Shown piece by piece: positions 1-13,000 of a stretch of DNA of 64,000 nt. Each line of letters opens with the position of its first letter. Within the stretch, counting starts at the first letter, position 1. Origin of the DNA: a candidate division WOR-3 bacterium (lineage in GTDB: Bacteria > Hydrothermota > 32-111); the NCBI GenBank assembly GCA_039804105.1, contig JBDRZU010000001.1:896001-960000 (forward strand). The letters are read 5' to 3'. The notes beneath the pieces are model-generated. The model was not told the origin of the DNA and made no database searches. It saw only the letters and a list, made by a program, of their open reading frames with translations. Position numbers and translations under genes: made by a program.

Positions 1-326
1 ACTGATACAATCAAAGAACCTGAAAAAAAATGTAAAAACATATGTATCGATGAGGCAAATGGAGAATTGATCATGAATATATATTCTTTCAATTCCTTTT
101 TTTCTATATCTCCATTATTTATCGTTAACCTGTATCTGATCCTTTGTACGATTTCATATTCTATGGCAAGTATTAAACCTAAAATTCCACCAAGGTATAA
201 AATGATATTTCTTTGAACCTGAGTGAATTCAACCGACTGTGGAACCATTATAACAAGTAATGGAACACCTATAAGTAGTGCTGGAAGATTTGTTGAAAGG
301 GTAAACACATTTAATAATTTTTTCAT
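1..326 (-). CDS. membrane protein, N-terminal part only (runs off window start)
   Basis: Hand translation from ATG 326 is open to the window edge: MKKLLNVFTLSTNLPALLIGVPLLVIMVP...IILYLGGILGLILAIEY..., with hydrophobic segments. A TTGACT-16-TAAGAT promoter lies at 339..366. Not in the ORF track. Confidence 0.7.
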   Translation of the reverse strand, partial: MKKLLNVFTLSTNLPALLIGVPLLVIMVPQSVEFTQVQRNIILYLGGILGLILAIEYEIVQRIRYRLTINNGDIEKKELKEYIFMINSPFASSIHMFLHFFSGSLIVS

Positions 327-371
327 ATTTTATTATTTATCTTAACATAATTTTTTTTCAAGTCAATATAT

Positions 372-2402
372 TCAAAATGTAGTTGAAGAATTTATTGATA
401 AAGATCCATAATAACTATTAGTCAATAAATCCAGATGAAAACATGGATAAAAATTCAAACTGATAAATTTAAATTTCAACCTCAGATCTGGAGAAAAAGA
501 TAGACACATTTTCTTTAAACCACCAAAATCTTTTTTCAAAAAGATTTGAGTAAATAATCCCATAGAGAATCTATTTTTAGAACTTAAATACCCAAAATAT
601 AAACCATATTTTTCATCTATAATCCTCTCTATTTTTTCATCGGTTATCAATGTTTTAAAACTCGCAGATGTTCTAAAAGTATTTTTATAAGTTGAAGAAA
701 ATAAAAAATTATACTCTGTCGAAAGATTTTTTTCTTCTTCAGAAAATTTATAGTTTGTTTGATTTATAAAAAATTTTCCTGAAAGATCAAATTCATTTAA
801 TTTTGTATCATAGAATGTTCCGGTTGTTATTTTTAAGATAAAATTTTTATTATTTTCAAAATTTTCTCTTGAAAAGATATTGTTTGTGATAGAAAAAAAC
901 AAAGATGGGAGATTTTTGTTTGAATATATAAGATTCAAATTTGTAAAGAGATCATTACGAGTTGAGTTAAAAAATAAAATTTTATTCTGCTCATCGTTTT
1001 TAACAACAAGATCTCCTGCTAAAACAAGATCTTTTGTTATGAATATTTGATTTTTGAAAAGAAATCTAATGTAGTCGTGATAAAACAAATTAGGATCATA
1101 GTGTGAAATTGTCATCAAATATGTTAGAGCATAATATTTTTTTAAATCAATTTCAATTCCAACTTTATGTGAAAATTTGTTTAAATTCACTATACCATTA
1201 AAAAAATCGTTTCCTAAAAAGACAAATGGAGATGAAATGTTAAAGAATAGTTTTCCTTTTTTGTTGAGATATAGATTGTTTTTTAATTTGAAGTTTATAT
1301 AAAACAGAGAATCCTTTAACACCATATTTTCAAATCCAAAGCCATAGAACTTAAATTTTTTATCAAAAGTTATACTGGAGAAAATTTTCTTAGAATCCAT
1401 TATTTCCCCGATAATATTTGAGAGACAAGTTAAAGAATCTTGATAGGAAAAGGAAAATCCTTTTAAAGGTATCAAACCATAATTCGAAAAACTATCATAA
1501 TAATAGAGATCAAGTAAATTCAAATTAACTTTTTTGAAATTGAGATGAATGTTTATTTTATTTTTATTCCAAAAATTTTCTCCCCAGAATATACTATTTT
1601 GTATTTTAAAATTGTATAAAAAATTACTAACGTTTCCGTAAAAATAAATCAAGTATGAGTTAAAAAAATTATTCAAAATATTTGGTTCATATCTAAAGTT
1701 ATACGACATTTCTCCATTAAAAAGGTTTTTAAAGAAATCTTTATTTGAAATATTAAAATAATAAGTTTTGGCCAGTTTTCCTTCCTTTACAAGATCTATC
1801 CTGTATCTTGATGGTTTTAAAAGTTTTTCTGGTGCATAGGTTAATATTTTTTCTCCAATTAAACATTTTTTTGTTATATCCTCTCCATCCATTACTATTT
1901 TTACATCTTTTGTTCCCTCAGGTATATAAACTGAAAATGTAAAATTATCAGGATCAATTTTTCTTTCATTTTCAGGTAACAATAAAATGATTTCCTTTTT
2001 TAACTCTTTTTCTTTTACAAACTTTACCATATTGTTCGTTCTTTCCTGTATCATCTCTGGTAAATATTCTAAGTTATTATCTTTTGTTAAAATTTCAAAA
2101 TAGTAATAGAAATCTTTTTTCGGTAACGAATCAAAAAGTATTGAAACAAAAGCTTTATTTCCATCAAAATTCATTTTAAATCTTTTTTCAACATTAAAAT
2201 CCGAAAGAATAATATATATTTCTTTAATTCTATAGGGATCCTCTTTAAAAATTAAAAAAATCGTAAAATTTTCTCCCTTATAAAGTTCATCTATTTTTGA
2301 GTAATCTGCTACAAATCCGGAAGAAATTTTTAAACATAAAAAAACAAAAATAACAATTAAAAAAAATTTTTTAATTTTCAATATGAACATAAATCGTATC
2401 AT
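372..2402 (-). CDS. hypothetical outer-membrane protein (N-terminal Ig-like region, C-terminal probable beta-barrel)
   Basis: 676-aa ORF with a signal peptide, alternating aromatic/hydrophobic strands in the C-terminal half and a terminal Phe (SINSSTTF). Start uncertain (2402, 2390 or 2381). Confidence 0.55.
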   Translation of the reverse strand: MIRFMFILKIKKFFLIVIFVFLCLKISSGFVADYSKIDELYKGENFTIFLIFKEDPYRIKEIYIILSDFNVEKRFKMNFDGNKAFVSILFDSLPKKDFYYYFEILTKDNNLEYLPEMIQERTNNMVKFVKEKELKKEIILLLPENERKIDPDNFTFSVYIPEGTKDVKIVMDGEDITKKCLIGEKILTYAPEKLLKPSRYRIDLVKEGKLAKTYYFNISNKDFFKNLFNGEMSYNFRYEPNILNNFFNSYLIYFYGNVSNFLYNFKIQNSIFWGENFWNKNKINIHLNFKKVNLNLLDLYYYDSFSNYGLIPLKGFSFSYQDSLTCLSNIIGEIMDSKKIFSSITFDKKFKFYGFGFENMVLKDSLFYINFKLKNNLYLNKKGKLFFNISSPFVFLGNDFFNGIVNLNKFSHKVGIEIDLKKYYALTYLMTISHYDPNLFYHDYIRFLFKNQIFITKDLVLAGDLVVKNDEQNKILFFNSTRNDLFTNLNLIYSNKNLPSLFFSITNNIFSRENFENNKNFILKITTGTFYDTKLNEFDLSGKFFINQTNYKFSEEEKNLSTEYNFLFSSTYKNTFRTSASFKTLITDEKIERIIDEKYGLYFGYLSSKNRFSMGLFTQIFLKKDFGGLKKMCLSFSPDLRLKFKFISLNFYPCFHLDLLTNSYYGSLSINSSTTF

Positions 2403-3015
2403 TTTTGTAGTTTTCTAACTCTATTTCTATAATATTATTACCACTATAGGTTTTTGGTTTAGAAATTTCTTTTTTTGATTGAACTTTATAGGGGTTTTCC
2501 CCTTTTTTTATAATTATCTGTTCATTTTTTGATCCATTTATTTTACCATACTCATTTTCAACTTCTAAATTTTTACAATAAATTATAAAAATTTTTGCTA
2601 GGGAATCCGTTAAATCAATTAAAAACATTGAACTATCTGAAAAAACAAATGTATCAAAAATTTTTAGCTGAACATCTTTTTGAAAGGTTTTAATGAAAAA
2701 GTTTCCATAGTTAAGATTTAACCTGAAAACAATTTGATCAGATATTTCAAAAATATTTGTAGAAAATTCACTCTTTCCAAAAACAGATATCTCACTTTTT
2801 CCATCAATTAAAACAACATCCAACAATGAAAATCTATCAAGCGATACATTAAAACTATCTTTTACAATATCCCCTTTCTTTAATGGTTCTTTTTCCTCTT
2901 CTTCAATCTGAAAGACAAAACCTTTTGAATTTTTAACAACTCCTATCTCCTTTGAAAATATAAAAAAAGCCAATAATGTTAAAATCAAAAAAACTATTAT
3001 CTTTTTGTTTTCCAT
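2371..3015 (-). CDS. FecR-domain protein
   Basis: Signal/TM anchor followed by a FecR-like pattern (G.V...PLKKGDIV....V....S...V...DG.S.I.V...SEF...LNLNYG). Confidence 0.65.
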   Translation of the reverse strand: MENKKIIVFLILTLLAFFIFSKEIGVVKNSKGFVFQIEEEEKEPLKKGDIVKDSFNVSLDRFSLLDVVLIDGKSEISVFGKSEFSTNIFEISDQIVFRLNLNYGNFFIKTFQKDVQLKIFDTFVFSDSSMFLIDLTDSLAKIFIIYCKNLEVENEYGKINGSKNEQIIIKKGENPYKVQSKKEISKPKTYSGNNIIEIELENYKNDTIYVHIEN

Positions 3016-3539
3016 CTCATACTTTTAACATCATACAAATTTAAATCTTTTATTTCCATTTCGATTCCATTTACCCATACTCTTCCAGTTGGTTGAAAAC
3101 CCCCAATCTCAAAAAATTTAAAAATTATAGAAAGGTAATCATCCTTACTCTGATTTATTTTACTTGGTATATTAACATCACCAGTATTGAAAAAAAGAAT
3201 ATTACTCCTTTCTAAAATACCATTCTCATAACTTTCAAGATACCATGCAAAAGACTTTTTGGTTGGTAAATAGAAGAAAGTATCAAGAACAATGTAACTT
3301 TTGTTTGATACATCAATCTTTAAAAATGGTTTTGAATTTATCAAAACATCTTTTCCAAAATCATAAAAATCTGTTACATCTTTTATTATAAGAGAACATG
3401 AAGAAGATGAATTAAAAATGAAAATATGACTAAAAGGTTCACTCTTCTCTTCAGACCCAGGATAAAAAACTGTTAAATCCCCATAAATCAAATTTGTTAA
3501 AATAAAAAAGATAAATAAAAAAATTTTTTTTCTACTCAT
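2997..3539 (-). CDS. hypothetical exported protein
   Basis: 180-aa ORF with a signal peptide; overlaps both neighbours, suggesting an operon. Confidence 0.65.
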   Translation of the reverse strand: MSRKKIFLFIFFILTNLIYGDLTVFYPGSEEKSEPFSHIFIFNSSSSCSLIIKDVTDFYDFGKDVLINSKPFLKIDVSNKSYIVLDTFFYLPTKKSFAWYLESYENGILERSNILFFNTGDVNIPSKINQSKDDYLSIIFKFFEIGGFQPTGRVWVNGIEMEIKDLNLYDVKSMRWKTKR

Positions 3540-4062
3540 TTAAAAGGGACATAAATATTAGATCAACATATTTCCCATCTTTGAACGAATGTTTCTTAAA
3601 AACTCCTTCCCGTTTAAATCCCAAATTTTTATACATTTTTATAGCGTTTTTATTAAAATCATAAACCTCAAGACAAATTTTATGTAGTTGTAGATTTTTA
3701 AAACCATAATCAACGAGTAGTTTTGTCGACTCTGTTCCATATCCTCTATTCTGAAAATTTTTATCAATAGCTATCGCAAGCATTGCTCTCCTGTTTGGCC
3801 AATTAAAATCGGATAAACTTATCAATCCAACAATATCAAAATTTTCTTTTTCAACAATTTTAAAAAAAATTCCTTTTTTTTCTTTATTTAAAGAAATTAA
3901 CTCTTTTAACATCATTCTGTTTCTTGGGAATCTTTCAGCAAGATTTTTTCTTACATCAGGATCGTTCAAAATTTTTTGAATGGTAAAAAGGTCATCCTCT
4001 TCAATTGGAGAGAGTATGACCTTTTTACCTTCTAAAAAGATTACTGGTTTTTCTTTTTTCAT
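3532..4062 (-). CDS. GNAT N-acetyltransferase, RimJ/RimL (SpeG-like) family
   Basis: Motifs FQNRGYGTE, LQLHKICLEVYDFNKNAIKMYKNLGFKREG. Confidence 0.9.
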   Translation of the reverse strand: MKKEKPVIFLEGKKVILSPIEEDDLFTIQKILNDPDVRKNLAERFPRNRMMLKELISLNKEKKGIFFKIVEKENFDIVGLISLSDFNWPNRRAMLAIAIDKNFQNRGYGTESTKLLVDYGFKNLQLHKICLEVYDFNKNAIKMYKNLGFKREGVFKKHSFKDGKYVDLIFMSLLNE

Positions 4063-4063
4063 A

Positions 4064-7000
4064 TCATCTCAAATTCAACATTTTAACATTTTTTTCATAA
4101 ATAGTTTTATCATCTTTGCTTGATACTACCTTTATGAAGTAGATTCCCTTGCTGTTGAGATAATTTTCAAGTTCAAATCTATGAACTCCCGAATTTATTT
4201 TTCCATCATAAACTTTTCCAACACTTCTTCCAGTAAGATCAAAAATTTCTATCCGAGAATAGCAATCCTCTGGAATTTCCACAAACAAAATTTTCTCGTT
4301 CACACTGTTATTCAGTTTTGTGTTGAAATATTTAATGGTTTTATTTTTCAACACAGAAATGTTATCTATGTTTGAATATGAAACTATAGAGAAGAGATCA
4401 GAGTAATAATAGATTGAACTGTTTGAACTTGATGTCAATTTAAGCATACAACTATCAGAGTACATACCTGATGGAACAGTCCATTCATAGTTTCCACTAT
4501 TGTTCTGATTTGCAATAATCTGAATCCAGGAAACACCCTTATCATAAGAGATTTCAAGATTGTACTGTAAAATTGTTCCAAGTGTTGTCCATGTAAAATA
4601 GTATTTTTTTGTTGTTTCAAATATATTTCCCAGAACAGGAGAAGTGAACTTTACGATGGGTTTTGAAATAACAAAAGTATCAGATATTCCATGAATCGTT
4701 GATTGAGAGGAATTGGATATTTTTATTAAAGCCATATCTGATACAGCTATATCAGGTATTGTCCATTCATAATAACCTGTATTTGAAACACCCGTTGCTA
4801 TTGATCTCCACTGCAAACCAAGATCTGTTGAATAGAAAATATCACAGTTTGTAAATGCACCCGAGTTTCTCCATGTAATATAATATTTTCTTCCTGCTAT
4901 CATCGTATCAGAAGAACTTGGGGATGTTACTATTATATTTTGTGGTAAAATCGTAAACCTTTCTGATATACCATAAACATTGTTGTTATTACTATTCAAA
5001 ACTTTTATCAGACAGTTATCCGAATCTTCGGTTGGAACAATCCATTCATAATAACCTGTATTTGAAACACCTGTTGCAACATACGTCCATGTCGCTCCAT
5101 TATCCTTTGAATACTGTATATCAACATTTGAGATGGTTCCAGTATATTTCCATGTAATAAAATATTTATTCCCTGAAACATATTCGTCTGTCATTTTTGG
5201 TGAGAGAACTTCAATCGTTTGTAACGGGATAGAGAATTTGGAGCTTGTTCCATAAACACTTGTATTATCATAGTTCGATACTTTTACAAAGCAGTTCTCA
5301 GAAGGTGTATTCGGAATCGCCCATTCATAAGAATTTGTGTTTGAAAGGTTATCTACCACCATGTTCCAGTTGGCACCATCATTGTATGAATACTCTATTC
5401 TGACCTTTGAAATTGTTCCAATATTTGTCCACGTTATAAAATATTTCCTTCCAACTATCCATCTATCTGTAGAGGTTGGAGAGTTCACAAGAACAAGTTG
5501 TGGAACAATCGAGAACACTTCACTGTCATCATAAACCGCTTCATTGTTCGAATTTGTTATTCTTAAAAGAACAAGATTTGAATTAACATCTGGAACGGTC
5601 CATTCATAATAACCGTTGTTTGTTAAATTAGAAGCAAGAGAAATCCAGTTTGCACCATTATCTAGAGAATAATAGAGGTTAACAGTGGATATGGTACCAA
5701 CAGTTTTCCATGTTATTATATATTTTCTACTCACAAAGAATTGTGAATTTAAAGTAGGATATGTTATTTCGAGTTTTTGAGGTATAATTCTGAAATTATC
5801 AGAAAGATCAAAAACATTCAGGTTGCCAACATTACTGACTCTTATCAAACCATTAAGAGTTGATGATAAAGTTGTGGAGAGAGTCCATTCATAATACTTG
5901 TTGTTTACTGTTGAGCCTGTTATTGTATTCCAGATTGATCCACCATCGAGTGAGTATTCAAGCATTACATTATCAACTGTTCCAGTATTGTACCAAGTTA
6001 TTGGGTAAGTTTTTGATACCATCAAAGAATCGTTGAACGATGGAGAAAAGAGAAATATAGTTTGAGGTATTATAGAAAATCTTTCAGAAACATCATATAC
6101 ACTTTCCAAAGATGTATAACTGACTTTAACAAAACAACTATCGGATATGTAATTGGGAATAGTCCATTCATAATATCCAGAATTGGTATAAGATGAAACT
6201 ATCAAATTCCAACTTGTCCCATTGTCTATAGAATAATAAATGTTAACCTTATCGATAAGACCATTGTTTTTCCATGTGATAAATATTTTACTTCCAACGA
6301 TGAATGATGAATTTGGTTTAAACGATGTTATACCTATCTCAGGATATAATGCTACAATTTGATTGGAAACACCCTGAACAAGAACATTCGCTTTATTTTT
6401 CAACCTGATAAGGGTCTGCAACGAATTTGAAATCGGGAAAGGATTAAACAGATAATTTTGGTTTGATGCAACTATTGAGTTTGAAAATGTTGTCCAGTTT
6501 GAACCATTATCAAGAGAGTACTCACCAACAAGTGTATCAAGTCCACCAGTATAATCCCATGTAATATAGAAAGGTGAAAGTGATATAATAGTATCATTTA
6601 TATTTGGATATGTTATGTTTATGGATTGATCCTTTATCACAAATTGTTGAGAATACCCTTCAATAATCGGTGATTCATAACCTGTTATTTTTACAAGACA
6701 GTTTGTCGATCCAATCTCAGGAACCTTCCATTTAAAGTATTTTTGTGTAGCACTTATGGTATCTATGATCGTATAGGTTATTCCACCATTCTTTGAATAA
6801 GAAATAACAACACTATCTCCACTGCCCATATTTGAGTACCAAGTAATATAATAATATTTACCACAGAGTAAAGTATCAGATAAATTTGGTGAAACAACAG
6901 TTATCGATGGATATTTCATAGTGAAAATAGGAGAAACACCAAAGACAGAAGTATTTGAACTATTTTTTACCCTTACAAGAGAATTGGAAGAAGAGATATT

Positions 7001-10000
7001 CGGTAAAGTCCAGAGGTAATATTTTGAGTTCGTTGTTGTAGCAATCGTCTGCCATGTGGACCCACCATTTGTTGAATACTCAAGATCAACATTTGAAAAA
7101 CTACCAGTATAGTTCCATGTTATATAGTATTTCCTACCAGTTATCCATTCTGAACTTGAAAGAGGTGACATAACATTTATTGTTTGAGGAACTATTGAAA
7201 ATCTTTCACTTATTGCTGTTGATGATGTCAATCTTAAACAGGTTATCTTTATATAGCAGTTTGAACTTATAACATTTGGAACAGTCCATTCAAGATATTG
7301 AGCTGAAGATGGAATCGTGTCAATTTGCGTCCATATTGTTCCACCATCGGTTGAGTATGAAATTATAACTGAATCGTTTGATGAACCCAAAAAATCAAAT
7401 GTAATCAATGCCTTTTCTCCTACTATGTATTCATCATTTAATTTCGGCGAAGATATCGTTATGATTTTATCAGAAATTGTAAATAATTCAGATACTCCAA
7501 GAATAGAGGTATTATCTTTGTTAACTATTCGTATAAGAGTTGAATCACTCTTTACATTTGGAGTTGTCCAGATATAGTATCTGTTCGATGTAAGAGTTTT
7601 ACCAAGTGTGTTCCAGTTTACTCCATTGTTGGTAGAATACTCAACTATAGATGTATCAAAAAGTCCTTTGTAAACCCAGGTAATATTGTATTGTTTACCA
7701 GAAATCAAACTTTCACTTAAAAACGGATACTTTACAGTAATCTGTTGTGGAATTATTCTAAACATAGAGGAGACATCAAACTTTGTTGTATCATCAGTAT
7801 TTGCTACTTTTACTATAACAGAATCTGAATAGATTTGAGGTAAAGTCCAGAGATAGTTCTGTGAGTTTGCTGTAGAATTCGTGATAACATTCCAATTTTT
7901 TCCATTATCAAGAGAATAAGTTATTTTAACATTTGAAAAGTTCCCTGTATAATCCCATGTTATATAATACTTATTTCCAGCATACCATATTGTTGAACTA
8001 TCAGGATATGTAACTAAAAGGTTCTGAGGAATTATAGTAAATGTATCGGATATATCAAACACATTGCTGTTTCTTGTGAATTCAACCTTTACAAGTGCTT
8101 TATTAGAAGAATAATTTGGAACTGTCCATTTATAGGAATTGGAATTCCCTTGTTTTGCAACAAAAGTCCAGTTTGAACCACCATCTATTGAATAATATAT
8201 GTTTACAGAATCAACTCGACCAAAGTTATACCAACTTATATGGTAATCTCTTCCAGATACAAAAGTATCGTTCGACAAAGGTGAGGTTATAAAAATTTCC
8301 TGTGGCTTTATTACAAAACTCTGTGAATATGCAGTTACCTGATTATCTCCATATTTTTCTACTCTTATTACAGCGTTTGAAGTTGGTTCATTTGGAATTG
8401 TCCATGAATAGGAGAAAGTATCTGATACGAGATTTTTTATCTCTTTCCATGTTATTCCATCTGTATTATAGTATAGTTGGAATGAATCCACATAACCTTT
8501 TACTGTTCTCCAAATTATATTATGAGTTCTTCCTACATACAGAGTATCCGTATTGTCAGGGTAAACAAGATCAAGAAGTGGTTTTTTTACAAGAAGGTTA
8601 CTTACACTTAAACTCTTTTTGAAAACATTCAAAGAATCATAAAAATCGAGTCTAATAATAAAATTGTTTGAAGAAGCATTCTTTGGTATATAAAACGGGA
8701 AAAAGGTTGTATCCGCATTTTTAGTTCCATATTCGAAAAAGTTAATACCATCGGTAGAATAGTTGAGTTTTACTTTATCTTTTGGATCTGTTGCCCTCAT
8801 ATTCCAAATAACGTAATATAATTCACTAACATACATGGTATCATTTTGATTTGGGAATATAATTGTATCTATAGTATCAACAGGTAAAACAGTAATTTTG
8901 TCAGAAATGTCAAAAGTATCATTAGTTGATTTATTCAAGATTATTACTTCTATTGTATCTAGGGTATCAGAAAAAGTATCTTTAAAAAGGAATATTTCGT
9001 TAGGATTAACCGCAAAAGTTCCAAGATTAATAGTTCCTTTTTTAGCTGAATATATCTGAATTAAAAGAGAATCGTTTGGTAAAAAACCTCTCTGTGTTGT
9101 ATATACAGGGAAATAGTTATTGTAGTAAATAACATCTCCACTCACAGGTTGATTTATAACTAAAACTGGATTTTTGGCTGAAAAATTGTTATCAGATTCA
9201 TCAAAAGCATAATTGTCTCTTGTTGACATAACTTTTACTTTATAGGTATTAAAAAGATAAGTTGGCATCGACCATAAATAAGATCCTGTATTTTTTATAC
9301 TCTTTATCAAACTGTAGTTCAATCCTCCATCAAGAGAATAAAATAATGAAACAGAATCAGGTCCGCCAATCCAATCCCAATTAATTTCAAGTTTTTCACC
9401 ACGATAGAATGATTCTCCACCATTCGGTTGAACGATATCATATATTGGTCTTACTATCGAAAAAACTTTTGAAAGAGAATATACTGAATCATTCGCGGTA
9501 CTTGTAACTTTTATCCAACAACTATCACTAACATAATTTGGAACCGTAAAAATAAAACTTCCAGTATTCAGGGTTGCTGTTGAGATGAATGTACTTTGAA
9601 CAATTCCTGAAACTTTATAGTATAATTCTATGATTACACTATCAACTGTTCCAGTCCAATTCCAATAAATAGGATATTTGTTCCCAACGATCAATACAGC
9701 TGCTGAATCGGGGTTAAATATTGAAACTGATGGTTTTAAAATTGAAAAAGTATTATCACTTATATCATAAGAAAGGTTGTCAGAGGTATTTGTTACTCTA
9801 ATTATACAGTTATTTGAAACATCGTTTGGAACTTTCCATATATAATTTCCATCATTTGTTTCTGAAGATGAAATAGTTTTCCAAACTGTTCCTCCATCAG
9901 TTGAATACTCTATTTTAACATTTAAAAATTGTCCATCATTTTCCCAGTGAATTGGAGTATATTCTCCAACAGTAAGATTTTCAGAACCATTTGGAGTCAA

Positions 10001-13000
10001 TATTTTTATTGCTGGTCTTTTTATTGATATCAAACCATCCGATACATCTTTTGTTAAAGAATCTGCTGTGCTTGTTACTCTAAATTTTATTGAATCGGAA
10101 ACAACAAGAGAAGGTATCGTCCATCTATAATATCCATTATTTGTGGTTGAGGAAATAATTGTATTCCATGTATTCCCGTTGTTTGTAGAGTATTCAATCT
10201 TTACATTCGAAACATTTCCATTATTTTTCCAGTGGATAGGTAAAATATCACCTGAAACAAAACTTTCTCCTCCATTGGGAGAAAGTATCGTTAGAGTTGG
10301 TGATACTATTGAAAAATTGTTATCAGAAACATCATGAGTGTTTCCATCAGTTGTACTTGTTATTCTGATTTTCACATTTGAAGAGACAATAGAAGGAACT
10401 GTCCAGTTGAATACACCATCGTTTGGATCAGAGGGATCGATTGAAATCCAGTTTATTCCATCAGTGGAATATTCTATCATAACATTTGCAAAAGTTCCCT
10501 GGCTCCTCCATCTGATCGGGTAAACTTCACCACCAACCAAATTCTCTCCTCCATTAGGAGATATTATAGATATTGTAGGAGAAACTATCGAAAAAACTCC
10601 ATTGGAAACATCAAAAGTGTTTGTTGGATCCTGATTGTTTGAAACTCTAAAAAGAACATTTGAACTGACTGCTGTTGAAGGAACAGCCCATATAAAAGAA
10701 CCATCGTTCAAAGTATCAGAATTAATAATCTTGTTCCAAGTGGATCCTCCATCAGTTGAGTATTCAAGTTTTACATAAGAAAAACTACCTATCCAGTTCC
10801 ATTCAATTGGTAAATATTCTCCTGCAATTATAGTTTCTCCGCCATTTGGTGAAACAAGCGTAATTTGTGCCGGTATAATTGAAAATTGTGAGCTTACAGC
10901 ATAATTAGAAGGATCGGAAACATCTGAAACTTTTATTAAAACATTTGAACTTATTGTCGAAGGTATTGTCCAATAATAAGAACCTTCATTTACAGTTGAA
11001 TTAACTATGATATTCCATGTAGAGCCATTATCAGTCGAATATTCTATTTTAACATTTGAGATTTCTCCATTATTGATCCATACAATTTGATATACATTTC
11101 CCACTAAAAGTGAATCGTTTGATTTTGGTGATTTAACTGTTATTGTTGGTTTTGAAATTGAGAATTTTTTTGAAACAGCATAGGAATTCAATGTATCAGA
11201 CAAATTTAAAACTTTTATGAAGCAATCATTTGAATTTAAGTTCGGGATGGTCCAGATATAAGTTCCAGTATTTGAAGTACTATTAGTAATAACATTCCAT
11301 GTCAAACCATTATCTGATGAATATTCAATTTTTACATTAGGAAAACTTGCATCATAGGTATAATTTATTGAAACTTTTTCTCCAGACAGAAGTGAAACAC
11401 CTGAATCTGGAGATATAATTTTTATAGAGGGTGAAGAAATTGTAAATGTGTTATCAGAAATATCAAAAGAATTGTTATCAGAACTATTTCTTACCCTTAT
11501 CCTGTAATTTGTTGAAGGAGTCAAATTTGAAGGTATATTCCAGACATACGAACCATCGTTTGTTTCAGATAAAACTATCGAGTTCCATGTTGTTCCACCA
11601 TCAGAAGAATAATCTATATTCACAGATGCAAAATCACTGTTACTATTCCATAAAACAGGATATTTCTCTCCTGTTTTAAATTCCTCTCCACCATTTGGAG
11701 ATAGAAGGTTTATCTGGGGTGATTTTACAACAAAAGTTGTATCACTGATATCATAAGAAGTCACATCTGAAGAATTTGTGATTTTCAAACGATAATTTGA
11801 AGATGGTGTTGATGGAACAGTCCAGACATAACTTCCATCATTTGGAGTGTTTGCTACAATAGTGTTCCATGTTGTACCATTATTGGTTGAATATTCAATG
11901 TTAACATTTGAAATGGTTCCCTCTGTTTGCCATACAATTGGATACTTGTTTGAAGCTATCAGTGTATCATTTCCATTTATTTTGACTATTTTTATCTCTG
12001 GTTTCTTTATGGTGAAAGAAAAATTGGATATATCATAAACCGAAGAATTTGCAGCGTCAGAGATTTTTATGAGGCATTGAGATGACGGTGTTAGAGGAAC
12101 AGTCCAGACAAAAGAACCATCATTTGGATCTGAGGCATCGATTGTCGACCAGCTTGAACCATTATTGGTAGAATATTCTATCTTTACATTAGCAAAAGAT
12201 CCACTCCAATTCCAGTTTATAGGATATTTTTCCCCAACAATCAACTGTTCACCACCATTTGGATAAGTTATATCTATCTGTGCTGTTACTATACTTGATT
12301 GTGAATTTGAAATATCATAGCAGTTCACATCGTTAACATTTGTTATTCGTATCAAAAGATTGTTTGTTGAAATATTCGGAACAGTCCACAGATAACTCCC
12401 ATCACAAGCAGTAGAAGTTGTTATAGAGTTCCAGTTCATTCCACCATCAGAAGAGTATTCCAATTTAACGTTTGCTATAGATCCTTCCCAATCCCAACTT
12501 ATGTTCGCTTTTGTACCTGCAACGAAAGTCTCTCCTCCATTTGGTGTTAAAAGTGTAAGGGAAGTTGAAAGTATTGAAAAAGGATAATCGGATATATCAT
12601 AAACAGCAGGATTTGAAACATTAGTAATCTTTAACAAACATTTTGATGATGGATTTATGGAAGGAATCAACCAGTTATGACTTCCATCATTTGTGGTTGA
12701 TGTAGTTATACTGTTCCAAATGTTTCCAGAATCAGCAGAATATTCAAGTTTAACACTTGTAAAAGATCCACTCCAAAGCCAATATATCGGATAATATTTA
12801 CCCGTAATGTATTGTTCTCCACCATTTGGAGTGATCAATGTTAAACTATTGTTGGCTATGGTAAAAGTGTTTTCTGTTATTGCAAAAGAGTTTGGATCAG
12901 TAGTGTTTGTTATCCTTATTTTACACTGTGTTGATGGAAAGTTTGGAACACTCCAAATATATTCTCCATCGTTTGGAGTAGAACTCGTAATAACTGTCCA

